From: Lama glama
Lineage: Eukaryota
Reading direction: 5' to 3'
Assembly (NCBI GenBank): GCA_028534125.1
Contig: CM052816.1
Location: 16,990,001-17,054,000, forward strand
DNA length: 64,000 bases
The notes under the pieces were generated by a model, which was not told the DNA's origin, searched no databases, and saw nothing but the letters and a program-made list of their open reading frames with translations. The position numbers and the translations under genes are program-made. Shown piece by piece: positions 1 to 11,599 of this stretch (its first letter is position 1; each line of letters begins with the position of its first letter).

Positions 1-29
1 GAATTCAAATCCATCTCCTTGTGTTTAAT

Positions 30-170
30 TTTAGGCTGGATACTTAACTTCTCTGAGCCTCAGTTTCCTCAGTACTAATACGGGAATAATTGTAACTCTT
101 AAACTGGATTGTTCTGAGGATTGAAGGAGATAATCCAAATATTAAGCGTCTGACAGTAGGTGCTCAGTTA
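30..170 (+). mobile_element. MIR SINE fragment
   Basis: Core motif cttaacttctctgagcctcagtttcctc...gttctgaggattgaaggagataat...cagtaggtgctcag. Confidence 0.75.
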
Positions 171-305
171 CTTCCTTTCCAGTTTTAGGATCACCCAGCA
201 GCAAGCCCTGAGGAGATTAGCAAGGGACTATAGTAAACTCTAGGAACAGGCTCAGGGTTTTATTAGGAGTTCCTAATTCTACCCATGGCAAAGGTCAGAT
301 GGAAA

Positions 306-360
306 GAAGGAGGAGAAGGAAGAGGAGGAGGAGGAGGAGGAGGAGGAGGAGGAGAAGAAA
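306..360 (+). repeat. (AGG)n purine-rich microsatellite
   Basis: Run of aggaggagg with a few AGA variants. Confidence 0.95.
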
Positions 361-493
361 AAGCTTTGTAGGAGCCTGCAAGCATAAGCATATTCTTTTT
401 TCATCTAGACTGAGAAGATACTGGCTTCCATTCTCCAGGCAATGTGCAGCAGTGCTTATATTGACTGAAATAAAGGTTCATGGACAGGTTTCC

Positions 494-1686
494 TTTTTTT
501 TTTTTAATTGGAGTATAGTCATTTATAATGTGTCAATTTCCGGTATACAGCATAATGTTTCAGTCTTACGTATACACACATATGTTCCTTTTCATATTCT
601 TTTTCATTACAGGTTACTACAAGATGTTGAATATAGTTCCCAGAACTATGCAGCAGAAATTTGTTATTTACCTATTTTTTTATATAGTAGTTAGTATCTG
701 CAAATCTCAAACTCCCAATTTATCCCTTCCCACTCCCTTCCCCTCTGTAAGTTTGTTTTCTATGTCTGTGAGTCTGTTTCTGTTTTGCAAATAAGTTCAT
801 TTGTATCTCTTTTTTTAGATTGCACATGTAAGTGATATCATGTGGTATTTTTCTTTCTCTTTCTGGCTTTTTTCACTTAGAATGATGAGCACCAGTTCCA
901 TCCATATTGCTGCAAATGGCATTATTTTATTCTTTTTTATGGCTGAGTAGTATTCCATTATATATATTTACATATATATATATATACATCCACCACATCT
1001 TCTTTATCCAGTCATCTGTTGATGGACATTTAGGTTGTTTCCATGTCTTGGCTGTTGTAAATAGTGCTGCTATGAACATTGGGGTACATGTATCTTTTCA
1101 AATTAGAATTCCTCCAGATAAATGCCCAAGAGTGGGATTGATGGATCATATGGTAAGTCTTTTTTTAGTTTTTTGAGGAATCTCCTTACTGCTTTTCATA
1201 ATGGCTGTACCAAACTACATTCCCACCAATAGTGTAGGAGGGTTCCCTTTTCTCCAAACCTTCTCCAGCATTTATCATTTGTGGACTTTTTAATGATGGC
1301 TATTCTGACTGGTGTGAGGTGATACCTCATTGTAGTTTTGATTTGCATTTCTCTGATAATTAGCAATATTAAACATTTTTTCATGTGCTTATTTGCCATT
1401 TGTATGTCTTCACTGGAGAATTGCTTGTTTAGGTCTTCTGCCCATTTTTAGATTGAGTTGTTTGTTTTTTTGTCATTAATTTGTGTGGGCTGTTTGCATA
1501 TTCTGGAAATTAAGCCCTGTCAGTCTCATCGTTTGCAAATATTTTCTCCTATTCCATAGGTTGTCTTTGTTTATGGTTTCCTTTGCTGTGCAAAAGCTTA
1601 TATGTTTAATTAGGTCCCATTTGCTTATTTTTGCTCTTATTTCTATTGCCTGGGTAGACTGCCCTAGGAGAACATTGCTAAGATTT
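494..1686 (-). mobile_element. 5'-truncated LINE-1 (ORF2 C-terminus and 3' UTR), relatively young
   Basis: Poly-T at 494; ORF2-like peptide MANKHMKKC...[18 protein letters not shown]; perfect 14-bp target-site duplication ATGGACAGGTTTCC at 480-493 and 1687-1700. Confidence 0.95.
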
Positions 1687-3808
1687 ATGGACAGGTTTCC
1701 CTTATTGAGTTTATTTCTTTTTTGGCAAGTTTTCAAGATCCACCATCGGATTGTGGCTACCAATCTGCCTGTCTTGGGCCCTGAACCTATTGAACGTGGG
1801 GGTTTTACTATTCTGTCACCTTAATGATAGCCAGCTTGTTAAGGATGAACCAAAAGGGAAGGAGTGTAGGGTTGTAACTAATGAATCTGAATGCCGCTAT
1901 AGTGCCTTGGAATGAATCCCTGACAGAAAGGTGATGGATGTAGAGAAATCCAAATTCCTTTAGTTTCTGGCCCATGTTCCATGTGGGAAGATTGGATGAT
2001 GTGATTGATTGCCATGAGGGTAAGATGAATGAGATTGTAAGAGGCTTGGAAGGATTGGGACTATGAGCTTTTTGGGGAAGTAGGTAAATTTTTCATGGAA
2101 TTGCCAATTGCTCTCGGTTTTGTTAGTGAAAACCTCAGATATAAACCAGTAGAAAACACAAGGCACATTCTCCTTGAATGACAATTTGAACAGGGCAACA
2201 GAGATGGTTTTGTTTCTGAAAACCCCCGTAAGTTTATTTGGGAATGTCAGCAAGTTTGGAGGGGGGAAATGTCAAACCATCCGATGCCGGGGGTCTTTGG
2301 ATGGACATTCAGTTAGGAAAAGGAGAAAGTCTAGTTTTGTTCAGTTCCTTAGCACCATGTCACAGCTCAGGTTCACGAATGGGTAGTTTGGCATCTGTTT
2401 TTATTGAGGGCTTAACCTCAAAGTCAGATAAGTTTATGTTTTTTTTTCTCTGAGCCTCAGGGAAATAATCTATTCTTTCTGCCTATTACTTCACCACAAT
2501 TTCTGTGCTTATATGGTGTCTCTTCCATTCCTGTGGAAGGGTCTACCACCACCACCACAGACATAGGCAGATGCACACACACTTCTTTTCTCTGTCAGTA
2601 ACTGTAGCATTTTTTGTTTTGTTTTTTCCACCTTCCTTAGAAGGAGGTAGAGGAGATCTTCCATTTCCTTGACATAGTCTGCATTTTTATGGATTTCTCC
2701 TTGCCTCTGGTCTCTGACATTTGTGATAGTTTTAAATAGAAACCAGGTTGGACTTTCAAGACACCTGCTCATGGTTTCTCCTGAGATGCCAACTTCCTTA
2801 ATAAACATTTCACCTTCCTTTTCACTCAAACAAAAAAATGGATTGGTTATTCCCTGGTGGCATTTAAAAAGTAACTTACTATTAATTCTCTTTGATGATA
2901 AAAATATTTGCTTATTGTAGGCAAATATAAAAACACAGAAAAACACAAAAAGGAAAACATGCCAGTCTATTTTGACAGCTAATATTTTCATATTTTTAAA
3001 GCAAAATTTGTTCCTCCTGAACATGCTGTTTTGTAATTAATTTTATTCACTTAATTATATCATTGCATGTTTTTCATGTTACTGAATATTTCTCCAGAAT
3101 ATAATTTTAATAATATTCCATTGTGTAGCCATGATTTAACTAGTTTGCCTTGATGTTGAACATTTAAATTGTTTTTAAATTTGAAACATTAAGCTGAGAG
3201 TGTTTCCCCATTCTTGGTGATCAAACTTTTTGCTTGTTTATTCGGCACATTTGAAATACCTCCTCCCTGCAGGATGCTTGGCCTTTGCAGAGAGGGAAGA
3301 CTCCCAAGGTTGAGATGCTCAGATTTAGGAGACCAGTATCTGAGCCCCCAGAGCTCTCTTCATGGGAATCTACTCCTCCCCCAAAGATTACCAGTAGAAG
3401 ATATAGAAGTGCAAATGAGGAAGGTAGAATCCACAACTATACTTGTCTCTTGCCCTGGGGCTTAGGTTCTGGGTGTACAGACATCCTGGGAAGCCCAAGT
3501 TAAGAGAGAAAACATACTTTGAATATGGTTCAAGTTCAGAGGGCTTCCTTGTTCTTCGCGTTGCTTAGGTTGCACTGAAATAATACCTTCTAGGCCTAGA
3601 AGTCTGGATTGTTTTCCTACAGGTCAGTTCTGGGGTCTTGATTTTATTATTTGTCAAACATTGATAACAAGGGGATTGAACATTTCCAGTTTCTCCTTTA
3701 GCCTTCTGTATGACTGGGATAAAGAAGCAGGATTTCTCATTCTTTCTGACCCTAAGGTTTTCAAAGAGAGAAATAAATGGTCTCAGTTGAATGTATATTC
3801 TAGAAGCA

Positions 3809-3814
3809 TTTATT
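3809..3814 (-). terminator. Candidate WNT8A polyadenylation signal AATAAA (3' UTR about 0.8 kb)
   Basis: TTTATT on the plus strand, followed on the minus strand by a T-rich tract. A second AATAAA lies at 3643-3648. Confidence 0.55.
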
Positions 3815-4601
3815 GAAAAATGAAGTTGAGTTCCCAATCTGGGAAAATAACAAAACAGAGTTGCTTTATAGCTCTTTGGGGGGAAAATCCCTCTTGGGAG
3901 CCTTGACTGATAAGTTGTAGTCACCTGTCCACTTACTGTGACCATCCATTCTCCATGGCTCCAGAGATGGTTTCTGAGCTGGAGAAGATCTCAGGTTGTG
4001 TTGGGTACTGGTTTCCCCAGGGTTGGATGGGGAGAACTTTTCAAAAGTGCATATTGAGATGAAAAACCCAACACTTTAAATACCTCCCTCTAGGCAAGTA
4101 TGTAGTCTCTGTCCCACTTATCTGTATGAATTTGTAGTTGCTCTTTCTGGAGGTAGCTAGAGTAAGGGAAGGTTGTTCTTTCAGGAGTCTGGACAGAATT
4201 CTTTCATTTTTTGTTTCCATTCCCTCTGATTCTCAGCCACACAGCTGGGCTGGACATGGTCTGAAACTTTTAGTGGCAAGTACTTTGAGGGTTCTTTTGG
4301 ATATAGACCCAAACCAAACTCCCCCTTTAACATGCTGTGAAAGTACAGGCACAAAGACCAGGAAGTAACTTGCAGGAAAGATGAAATGAGGTCTACCCAA
4401 GTTAGGAGGCCCAGATTTCAATTTCATCTCTGTCAATATGCTGTATAATCTTGGGCCTCCATTTCCCCATGTACAGCAGATATCAAGAGAACTACAGATC
4501 AACCCTGTGATTTTCCAATTGTTTTACTCTCTCTTCTCTCCGAGAGAGGCTGTGTCCCCCTCCATTGTCATGCACCTGAGCAAGTAAATTCACGTTGGGT
4601 G

Positions 4602-5150
4602 CTATCGCTTATCACTCTTGTCCCAAGACCAAGCACTGCTTGAGGAGCGTGTGCAGTAGTACTTATTCACCACATGCCTACACTGGTCACACTTGACTGT
4701 ACAGCACCACTGGAATTTGCAGTTACAGCTGCTGATAGCCTCAGTTCTCCTCTCTTCCACCTGCAGGCCACACTCAGTGCACAAGCGCCCGCAGCTATGT
4801 CGCTCCCACCTGGATGTGTTGTGGCTGTTCTGCAGACACTCCCGACCCTCAGTGCCATAGATGCCCAGGCTGGAATTGCGGGTACAGTAATCAGGTGATT
4901 CCTCTAAAAAGATCAGCTCAGCTTCTGCGCTGGGAAGGAAGGCCTCAGTAGGTGCCCAGTGGCCCTCGGCACTGTTCCCAGACCTCAGTCGCCGCTTATC
5001 CATCTCAATTTTCAGTGCCCTATCATACTTGGCCTTTAGGTAATCACCCATCTCCCGGAAGTTAGCCAGCTGCAGCCAGCATGTCTGGATGCTGCAACTC
5101 CCCGAGATGCCATGACATTTGCAGGTCCTTTTCATGGTGGCTCTTACTGC
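4602..5150 (-). CDS. WNT8A: WNT8A last coding exon
   Basis: Acceptor ttctctctctgaag|; encodes [19 protein letters not shown] (includes the conserved lipidated Ser motif) through [19 protein letters not shown] and a TAG stop. Confidence 0.97.
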   Translation of the reverse strand, partial: AVRATMKRTCKCHGISGSCSIQTCWLQLANFREMGDYLKAKYDRALKIEMDKRRLRSGNSAEGHWAPTEAFLPSAEAELIFLEESPDYCTRNSSLGIYGTEGRECLQNSHNTSRWERHSCGRLCTECGLQVEERRTEAISSCNCKFQWCCTVKCDQCRHVVNKYYCTRSSSSAWSWDKSDKR

Positions 5151-8100
5151 CTTCAGAGAGAGAAAAAGAGAGGGAGGACAAAAGGAGAATGGCTCTGGGT
5201 AAGGAAGACCAAAGGCTAGTAAAGTGGAATATTGTAGAGTTGTGCTTCCTAGCTTTAGAGGAGCATCAGAGTTACAGGGGAAGCCTGTGAAAAATACTTA
5301 TTCTTAGCCCTCAGATCTTCTTAATTTGAATGTTCAAGGGTTTAAAGCCTTGGTATCGATGATTTTAAAGCTCCCCTGGGTGATTCCTATGGAAAGCCAG
5401 GCATGTGTTGAGATTACTGGAATCAGGAAACCTAGGCTCAAGGCCCAACTTCATCGCTTGTTGAGCTTGCTTCTCTTTCTGCCCAACTGCAGTAAGAATA
5501 ATCAAGAAAGTACTTTGTAAATTAAAAAGGGAAAATATAGTCTTTGGCCCTGTTACTGTCTTGAGGCTGGGGGCTAGATTATTTGTGGGTGTTTGGATTT
5601 GTCCTTTGGGCCCTCTCCCAGAGGGAAGGAAGCTCAGGAGTCTGAACGCCTACTCCCAAGGTGATTACTTATGGTTATAATTACCTTGAAAACCTTTTCC
5701 CCTTGTCCTGGGCAACCAGGACATCTAGGTACAAGTTCAAAGGGAAATTTCTATGTTCTTATCTCTAAATACAACTAGCTTCCAGATTTGAACTCAGAAC
5801 ACTCCATGGATTGTTACCCCCACTAGAAGTCTTGGGGGAGAACACATCCTCCAGAGAAGTCTAGATCAATCCCAACCTCTCAAAGCCCAAACAGACATAG
5901 GACACAGGTTGGATGATAAACCCCTGTTAACTTCCTAGAGTAATCAGTTGAAATGGTTAAAATTTTAAGTCCTGGAAGCAAGGCCTTGGTTCTGTATTGT
6001 TCTTTGTTCTCAGGAGCCTGCCTGTGGAAGAAGTTAGCATCTAATGTTTAGAGATAAAAGGACTAGGCTAGAAGACCTGTGTTCATTGCTTAGTTCTGAT
6101 GCTTATTAATTATATTGCCTTGCTGAAGCCACCTGACTCTGCCTCAGCTGGCTTTGTCATCCAGAGGCTGGGGGTAGTAGCCATGCCAGTCCTGCTGGGT
6201 GGTATGAAAATGAAACATGGGTATGAGACAGCTCTTGGTAAGTTGTGAAGGTCTGTATAGATGTGAGGCTGTTGTAACACTGAGCCTGATGGCTTACTGG
6301 TCAACTCATACATACCAGCCTGCCTGCCCTGTTATTGTGAAGATTCATCAGGGCTCTGGCATCCTTCCCCTTCTCCAGGCTGTCCACAAAAAGTTTGGAG
6401 ATTCTTTCTCCAAATTCTACATTGTCACTGCAGCCTCCCCAGATCCAGCCATGGCCTCCTACACATAAGGAAAGAATAAGTTCTGTGTATAGCTTCCTGC
6501 TAAGTCCCAAAAGAAGAGTCATAGTAACTCTAGCCGACATATCAAACTATCTCCAAGAGTCCCAGAAGCTTGTAAAGGGAATTGGAGGTGCTCAGGGCTG
6601 ACGGGGGAGTCCTGTTCCCAAAGCCAACTGCCTACCCTTTAGGCACTTCCCTGCTCTAGGCAGTTTGTCTCTATACCCACAGGGGCTGGCCAAGATGATC
6701 TCAGGTTCATTGCAGAATTCTGGAATGACCATTATCCTACAATAGTCTTACTAGAACCACTTCTTACCTCATTAATGACAAATTTGAGTAAGTTTCTTAG
6801 GTGGTCTACAAATAATTGAGAAGATCTTGATTATTGACAAGCCATTCTAAGTCTGAAATAAGAGGATTAGCTTTAAATTCTTTTGGCCTCCTCACTCCTT
6901 GATGGCTTGTTGGTTTTAGAGCTTGGTCCTACTTGCTGATCCTGGCATCATGGACCCAGGCTCAACTCTTAGGAGAGGCTAGATCCAGGAGCTCCCACCA
7001 ATAAAGTTGCTGCTGCAGTCTAGGGGTTTGAGAAAGCTGTATCCCTCAGTCTTTCCCTAAAAGACTTTAGCCTGCACTCAGCTCTGCATTCCTCACCTCT
7101 TCCCACCCCATCAGAGAGCACAACTCACCTGTTTTTCCATTTTTTGATTCATCACAGCCACAGTTTTCAAAATCGCCCATGCTACAATTCTTGGTGATGG
7201 TGTACATGACTCCAGCAGAGCTGATAGCATGAATGAAGGAAGTCTCCCTGGTGGCTTTGGAGAGAAAGGGGAGACTGGAAGCTAGGGCCTTGACAACCCA
7301 AAGCAGAGGCTTTGCAAAAACAATGTCATTTTGTTTCTCTCCCTGTTTCCCTCCCTCTTTGGGTTTATTACAGGGATGCTCTTCTGTTTGAGAGAACAGT
7401 CATGCCTTTTCAGCATCCTTATTTCATCCTGGCAGGAATGAGCATCCCCATACTACAGATGGGTAAAGTAAAACCCAGAGATCAAGTGATGAGACCAAGG
7501 CCACTATCCTCACCAGTTATGGTGCTGAGACCAGGACCCTGCCCCCCTGGTATCAAGCCTAGGCCTCTGTCCATTAGTCACTGTTTCTGGTCTTCAGGCA
7601 GTGAGGACTCAGGGCCATGGGGCTGGCTTAAGAAAGAGAGAAGGACATTTTCTTCTTTTTAACATGGAGTTGGAGACATGTAATAATCATAATGATCATG
7701 TCCACCACTTACTAAGCTTATATCTTACTAACTCTTTATAAACATTGTCCCATTTCATTTCTACACACTTCCCATCCTATTTTTATACCCCACAGGAAGA
7801 TGCTTCTTTTTGTCCCCATATTCTTTACTCATTCCCCTCCAACTCTTCTCAGGCAACACTTTATTAATAGTTTCTCCATAAACGACTTTCATGCAAAGTA
7901 CCATACACAGCTACAAACAGCTGCACAGACACACAGACACACACACACACACACACCACCTGAGGCATAGCTGAATGTGATCTCTCAGCTTCTCTGCTGT
8001 TGGGATTTTATGACAGCTGAAACACTCTCTGGGGCTGCAAACACAGAGCCCTTTCCCCATTTTTTTTTTCATGCTAATCAGTGCAAGTGTGTACAAACAC

Positions 8101-8951
8101 AAATACAGGCATGCATTAAAAAAGAATAATTACATTTGCCTAGAGGTACTTCTGTATTTACCACATTCAACACTTGCACACTCCTGGTGAGCTAAACAGC
8201 TGGCCAAATTGACCCAAATGACAACACTGGGGTTGAGAGAGGGAAGTAACTCACTTGAGGTCACACAGTAAGGAAGTGGTAGATCATTGATAACTTTTTC
8301 ATTTCACTGCACACATATATGTTACACATAAACACAGACTGCAAACCCACCTCCAGGGACATACCCTCTTGTACAGGTGCATAAACTTACCACTTCTCAG
8401 CCTGTTGTGAGTGGAGAGCTGGAGAACATTTTCAGGGCAGTTCCAGCGTTCCCAAGCAAATTGGAACTTACACTCCTCGATGCCACTCTGGGCACCCAAG
8501 GCCACACTGGTAGCGTAGGTCAGATAAGCCTGGCAAAGGGAAAAGGGTTGTGAGCTTCAGCCCTGGCTCAAGTCAAGTCATCTAGGGTTGAGGGTGCAGG
8601 CAGGACTCAAATGGATTAGCTTTCCATTAAGGAATAATCATAAGTTCCTTTGTATGGGTGACTTCTGGCACTGTCTCCCCTCCCCTCTTTTCCTTCCCCA
8701 AAAGAGTTTATTTAGGAATACAAATGGGTCAAAACAGGAGCAGGAAACCATCCTACCTTGGGACCTGTTATCAGGAAATTGTTCACTGACCTACCAAAAA
8801 GAGAAAAAGTGAGGCATTTGTGAATGGGGATGAGAAAATAGGAGCTTCCTTGGTAAGGAGTAAGGTATGGGGAAAGGACTTACCAGGCAGAGGCACTGAA
8901 GGTGGCATAGTATATGCCCACAGCCACCCTGAGCATAAACAGGTCACCCAT
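4602..8951 (-). CDS. WNT8A: Wnt family member 8A, complete spliced CDS: join(8884-8951, 8757-8790, 8391-8529, 7129-7254, 6316-6458, 4602-5150), 1059 nt, 352 aa
   Basis: Exon lengths 68+34+139+126+143+549 = 1059 nt stay in frame with GT-AG introns. Translation [39 protein letters not shown]...[10 protein letters not shown]...[16 protein letters not shown] has the Wnt cysteine pattern and matches WNT8A as I recall it. Confidence 0.98.
5255..5420. mobile_element. MER5-like hAT-Charlie DNA transposon relic in the last WNT8A intron
   Basis: gcatcagagttac...tttaaagctcccctgggtgattc...ttgagattactg resembles MER5A as I recall it. Confidence 0.55.
6316..6458 (-). CDS. WNT8A: WNT8A coding exon 5
   Basis: Acceptor ccttatgtgtag|; encodes (G)[47 protein letters not shown]; donor CTG|GTATGT. 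Confidence 0.97.
7129..7254 (-). CDS. WNT8A: WNT8A coding exon 4
   Basis: Acceptor tttctctccaaag|; encodes (A)[41 protein letters not shown]; donor CAG|GTGAGT. Not in the supplied ORF track. Confidence 0.97.
7924..7957 (+). repeat. (CA)n microsatellite in WNT8A intron 3
   Basis: cacagacacacagacacacacacacacacacac. Confidence 0.9.
8391..8529 (-). CDS. WNT8A: WNT8A coding exon 3
   Basis: Acceptor ccctttgccag|; encodes [46 protein letters not shown]; donor GTG|GTAAGT. Confidence 0.97.
8757..8790 (-). CDS. WNT8A: WNT8A coding exon 2 (34 nt)
   Basis: Acceptor ttttctctttttggtag|G; encodes (W)[11 protein letters not shown]; donor AAG|GTAGGA. Confidence 0.95.
8884..8951 (-). CDS. WNT8A: WNT8A coding exon 1 (signal peptide)
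   Basis: ATG at 8951 in context GGCCATGG; encodes [22 protein letters not shown](W); donor TG|GTAAGT at 8883. Confidence 0.93.
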
Positions 8952-8999
8952 GGCCCTGCCTACCCCCAGGGGCCCAGGTCTAGCCCAGGGCCAAGTCCA

Positions 9000-9235
9000 G
9001 AGAAGTGAGGAGAGGGCAGGGTCTTTCTCAGTATTTATGTGGGGAAATGCTGAATGACCAAGGGGCAAAAAATCAACAGCTCCTCTCATTTGTCCTTCAC
9101 TGGCAGGGCTGCAGGAGCCACTGACCCAATGGGGGACCAGGGAGGAGGGACTCAGCCCAAAGCCTCCAAGGAAAGCCCCGCCCTACCCCTCCCTGCCAGC
9201 CCTTCTCTTTCAGGCTGACAGAGGGGCGGAAGCCT
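9000..9235 (-). promoter_or_regulatory. WNT8A proximal promoter
   Basis: TATA-like CATAAATA at 9032-9039 (minus), about 80 nt upstream of the ATG; CCAAT near 9126; GC boxes near 9176 and 9222. Confidence 0.6.
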
Positions 9236-10556
9236 CTCCCTACCCAGGAGATTTCTACCCTCTATACCCAAGACTTTAGTCTCTTCCTGCTTGAGGGCTC
9301 ATTTCTCAGAATCTTGTAGCCTGGAGCAGGTGAGGTCCCTAACTCCGAAGTTAGGGCACATATCCCTCAGAGCTAGTGTCCTCATCTATTAATGAGACTC
9401 CACTCCTTGGTCTGCCTTCCTCCCCAAGGTGTTAATAATTATAGAGGAACTCCATCTGGGGCCCTCTCCCACTCATTTTACCAAAGGAAGCAAGAGCACC
9501 ATTCCTACTGCCTGCCTTGGTGACTGTCAGGTCACGTGTGGGACCATGGAGCAAAAACACTTCAGAGGCCATTTCTGCAATAGTCCCTTCTACCATATTC
9601 TACCAAAGTAAATCTCCCTCGTTTCTAGTAGGTCTATCATTCTGTATTTGTTAGAGCTTTAGTTTGTTAACTGCTTATATACGTGAGAATCAATCTTTGG
9701 GCTACCTAGGCTGTATTTGAAAAGACTGATACCTTTCTTTCTGACACTACTTTGTTGCTAGGACATAACCTCCTTGGGTGGGAATCTGTCTTTTAGATTA
9801 GCTCTGTATTCTTAGTGCTGAAGAAGATTCCTCGATGAATGAACAAATGTGTGGACGAATGAATGGATGAAAGAACTTGTGGCCCACGGAAGAATCCGAG
9901 GCACCATTAGGTAGGGTTGGGGACTAAAATGAAGGGGTGGAGATCTTCTTTGGTTGGTGAAACTCTTTCCTAGGGCTAGGGGAGGCAGGCCAAAGAGATG
10001 AAGAGGAAAGTATAAACAGGAAGTTAACAGTGCTAACTCGACATCCAGATCACTTCACAGCACCCTGGACCTGATTTGGATGAGAAAGGGAGCTCAGACA
10101 TCCTCCATCAGAGTTGTTCCAGGGGCCAAGGAGTCCCCAGGTCTTTTTAGAGCAGTGCACTCCAAGTATGCACTGGGATTGATATTGGTCTGCAAACTGT
10201 TATCTTTATGTGACAAGATACAGACAAGTACAGAAATGAAAATGTTTAGAAATTTTTTAGCAATTTGACAGTGATTTTAGATGTTGAAATCTAGTAATAA
10301 GAAATTTGGGCTCCTATTCTGTGTCCTTTTTTTTTGTTTCACCTTTCTAGGAGGATGAGTGTGAATGCTGCAAATGCGAAAATGTCCTTAATGGACCAAG
10401 GCTCTGGCTCTCAGCCCAGCAAGCTCTCTTCCTCCGCTTGTTGGTGGGCTTCTTTCCTCGGGGAAAAGAGGTCCCAGACTGAGTCACTTGGGCGCTGAGG
10501 CTAACTCAGTGGGCTTTTCTGTTTCCTACTTCTCCCAATCAAGAAGCTAATGTTTA

Positions 10557-10601
10557 TACCTAAAACTGTAAAATTGTAAGTCAATGATACTTAAAAAAAA
10601 A
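10557..10601 (+). mobile_element. Ultra-short L1 3' tail insertion
   Basis: L1 terminal motif plus A-tail, between aagaagctaatgttta (10541-10556) and aagaatctaatgttta (10602-10617). Confidence 0.75.
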
Positions 10602-11599
10602 AAGAATCTAATGTTTAACTTTCACTTCTTAAGACAGCAAGGTTGATTTCCATGCCACTCACTGTGGGATCAGAACAGGGGTCACATTAGGCCTGAGGTA
10701 TCCCCTACACCCCTTGAAAGAGTTTTAGGAGTGACTCCACGTTCACTTCCTATATACAAGTGACTGGATCTTATTTTTCAGTGCTCCCCTCCCCATAGCA
10801 CTTGGCATTTAGTTGGTATTCTGTAAAAATGTTTTTTTATTTTCTAGGAAGGAAGCTTTTTGTGTGCAAACTTTGTGTTTGCTCCTGCTTTCATTCTCTA
10901 AAGATCATATAATTTCTCTAAAAGGAATTTAGGATGTTAAAGAAAGTCCTCTGCTCCTGGTATTAGGAACCCTGAGCATTGGCCACTAATTTGTTAAGAG
11001 ACTTTGGGCAAGCTATTTACTACCAAACCTTGTGGACTTGGGTTCTTCATCTGTAAAATGAGGGAGTTGGGAAGATGTTGAATGTTGAATTACCTCTAAG
11101 TATTTTAGCAGCTCTTTAAATGCTATAATCCTAATTTTAAGATTTGCAGAATTTATTATCCCCAGAGGTGATTGCAGGCCAAGGATGGGAATCATCTTAT
11201 ATATCTTTAAATCCTTCAGTTGACCATCAGGATAGACCTGTAGGATGGCTATGTGGAGGACATCCAATGCCTTCTTCAGAGTCATTTGGGACTCAGTTTA
11301 CATAAGACCACTGTGCTGGACTGAGCATAGTTGTTCATTGTGGGCAGATGGTGTCCTGGAAAGAGAGAAGAACCAGAGAAAGGCCGTCTACACTAGAGTC
11401 TACAAATCACTTACAGCCAACCTGTGCATCCATCCCCTTAACCTTAGCCTGACTACCTCATTAGTTTTTAAGTGATCATCCAATTCTTGGTTTCACTCTT
11501 CCAGGAATGGAATCTGGAACTGAAGACTAGAGCGGAAGATGACACAGTGGAGATAGAGAGGGCCTGTGACCAGACAGAGAGAATAGCAGTGTCTCTAAC

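Noticed and set aside
299..694. 131-aa ORF with a poly-Arg N-terminus (protamine-like)
   Set aside because: The Arg run is the translated (AGG)n microsatellite, and the rest runs into antisense L1.
528..1824. Cluster of 67-113 aa ORFs (similar clusters at 17484-18494 and 19824-20758)
   Set aside because: These are fragments of L1 ORF2 or antisense L1 frames inside truncated elements.
2509..3945. 171-aa and 126-aa minus-strand ORFs downstream of WNT8A (a possible second cistron, as in bicistronic fish wnt8a)
   Set aside because: No Wnt cysteine pattern or other recognisable similarity; they look like chance ORFs in AT-rich DNA.
8952..9089. In-frame ATG at 9089 extending WNT8A by 46 aa
   Set aside because: It lies upstream of the TATA-like box and would bury the signal peptide; the ATG at 8951 has strong context and matches the known start.
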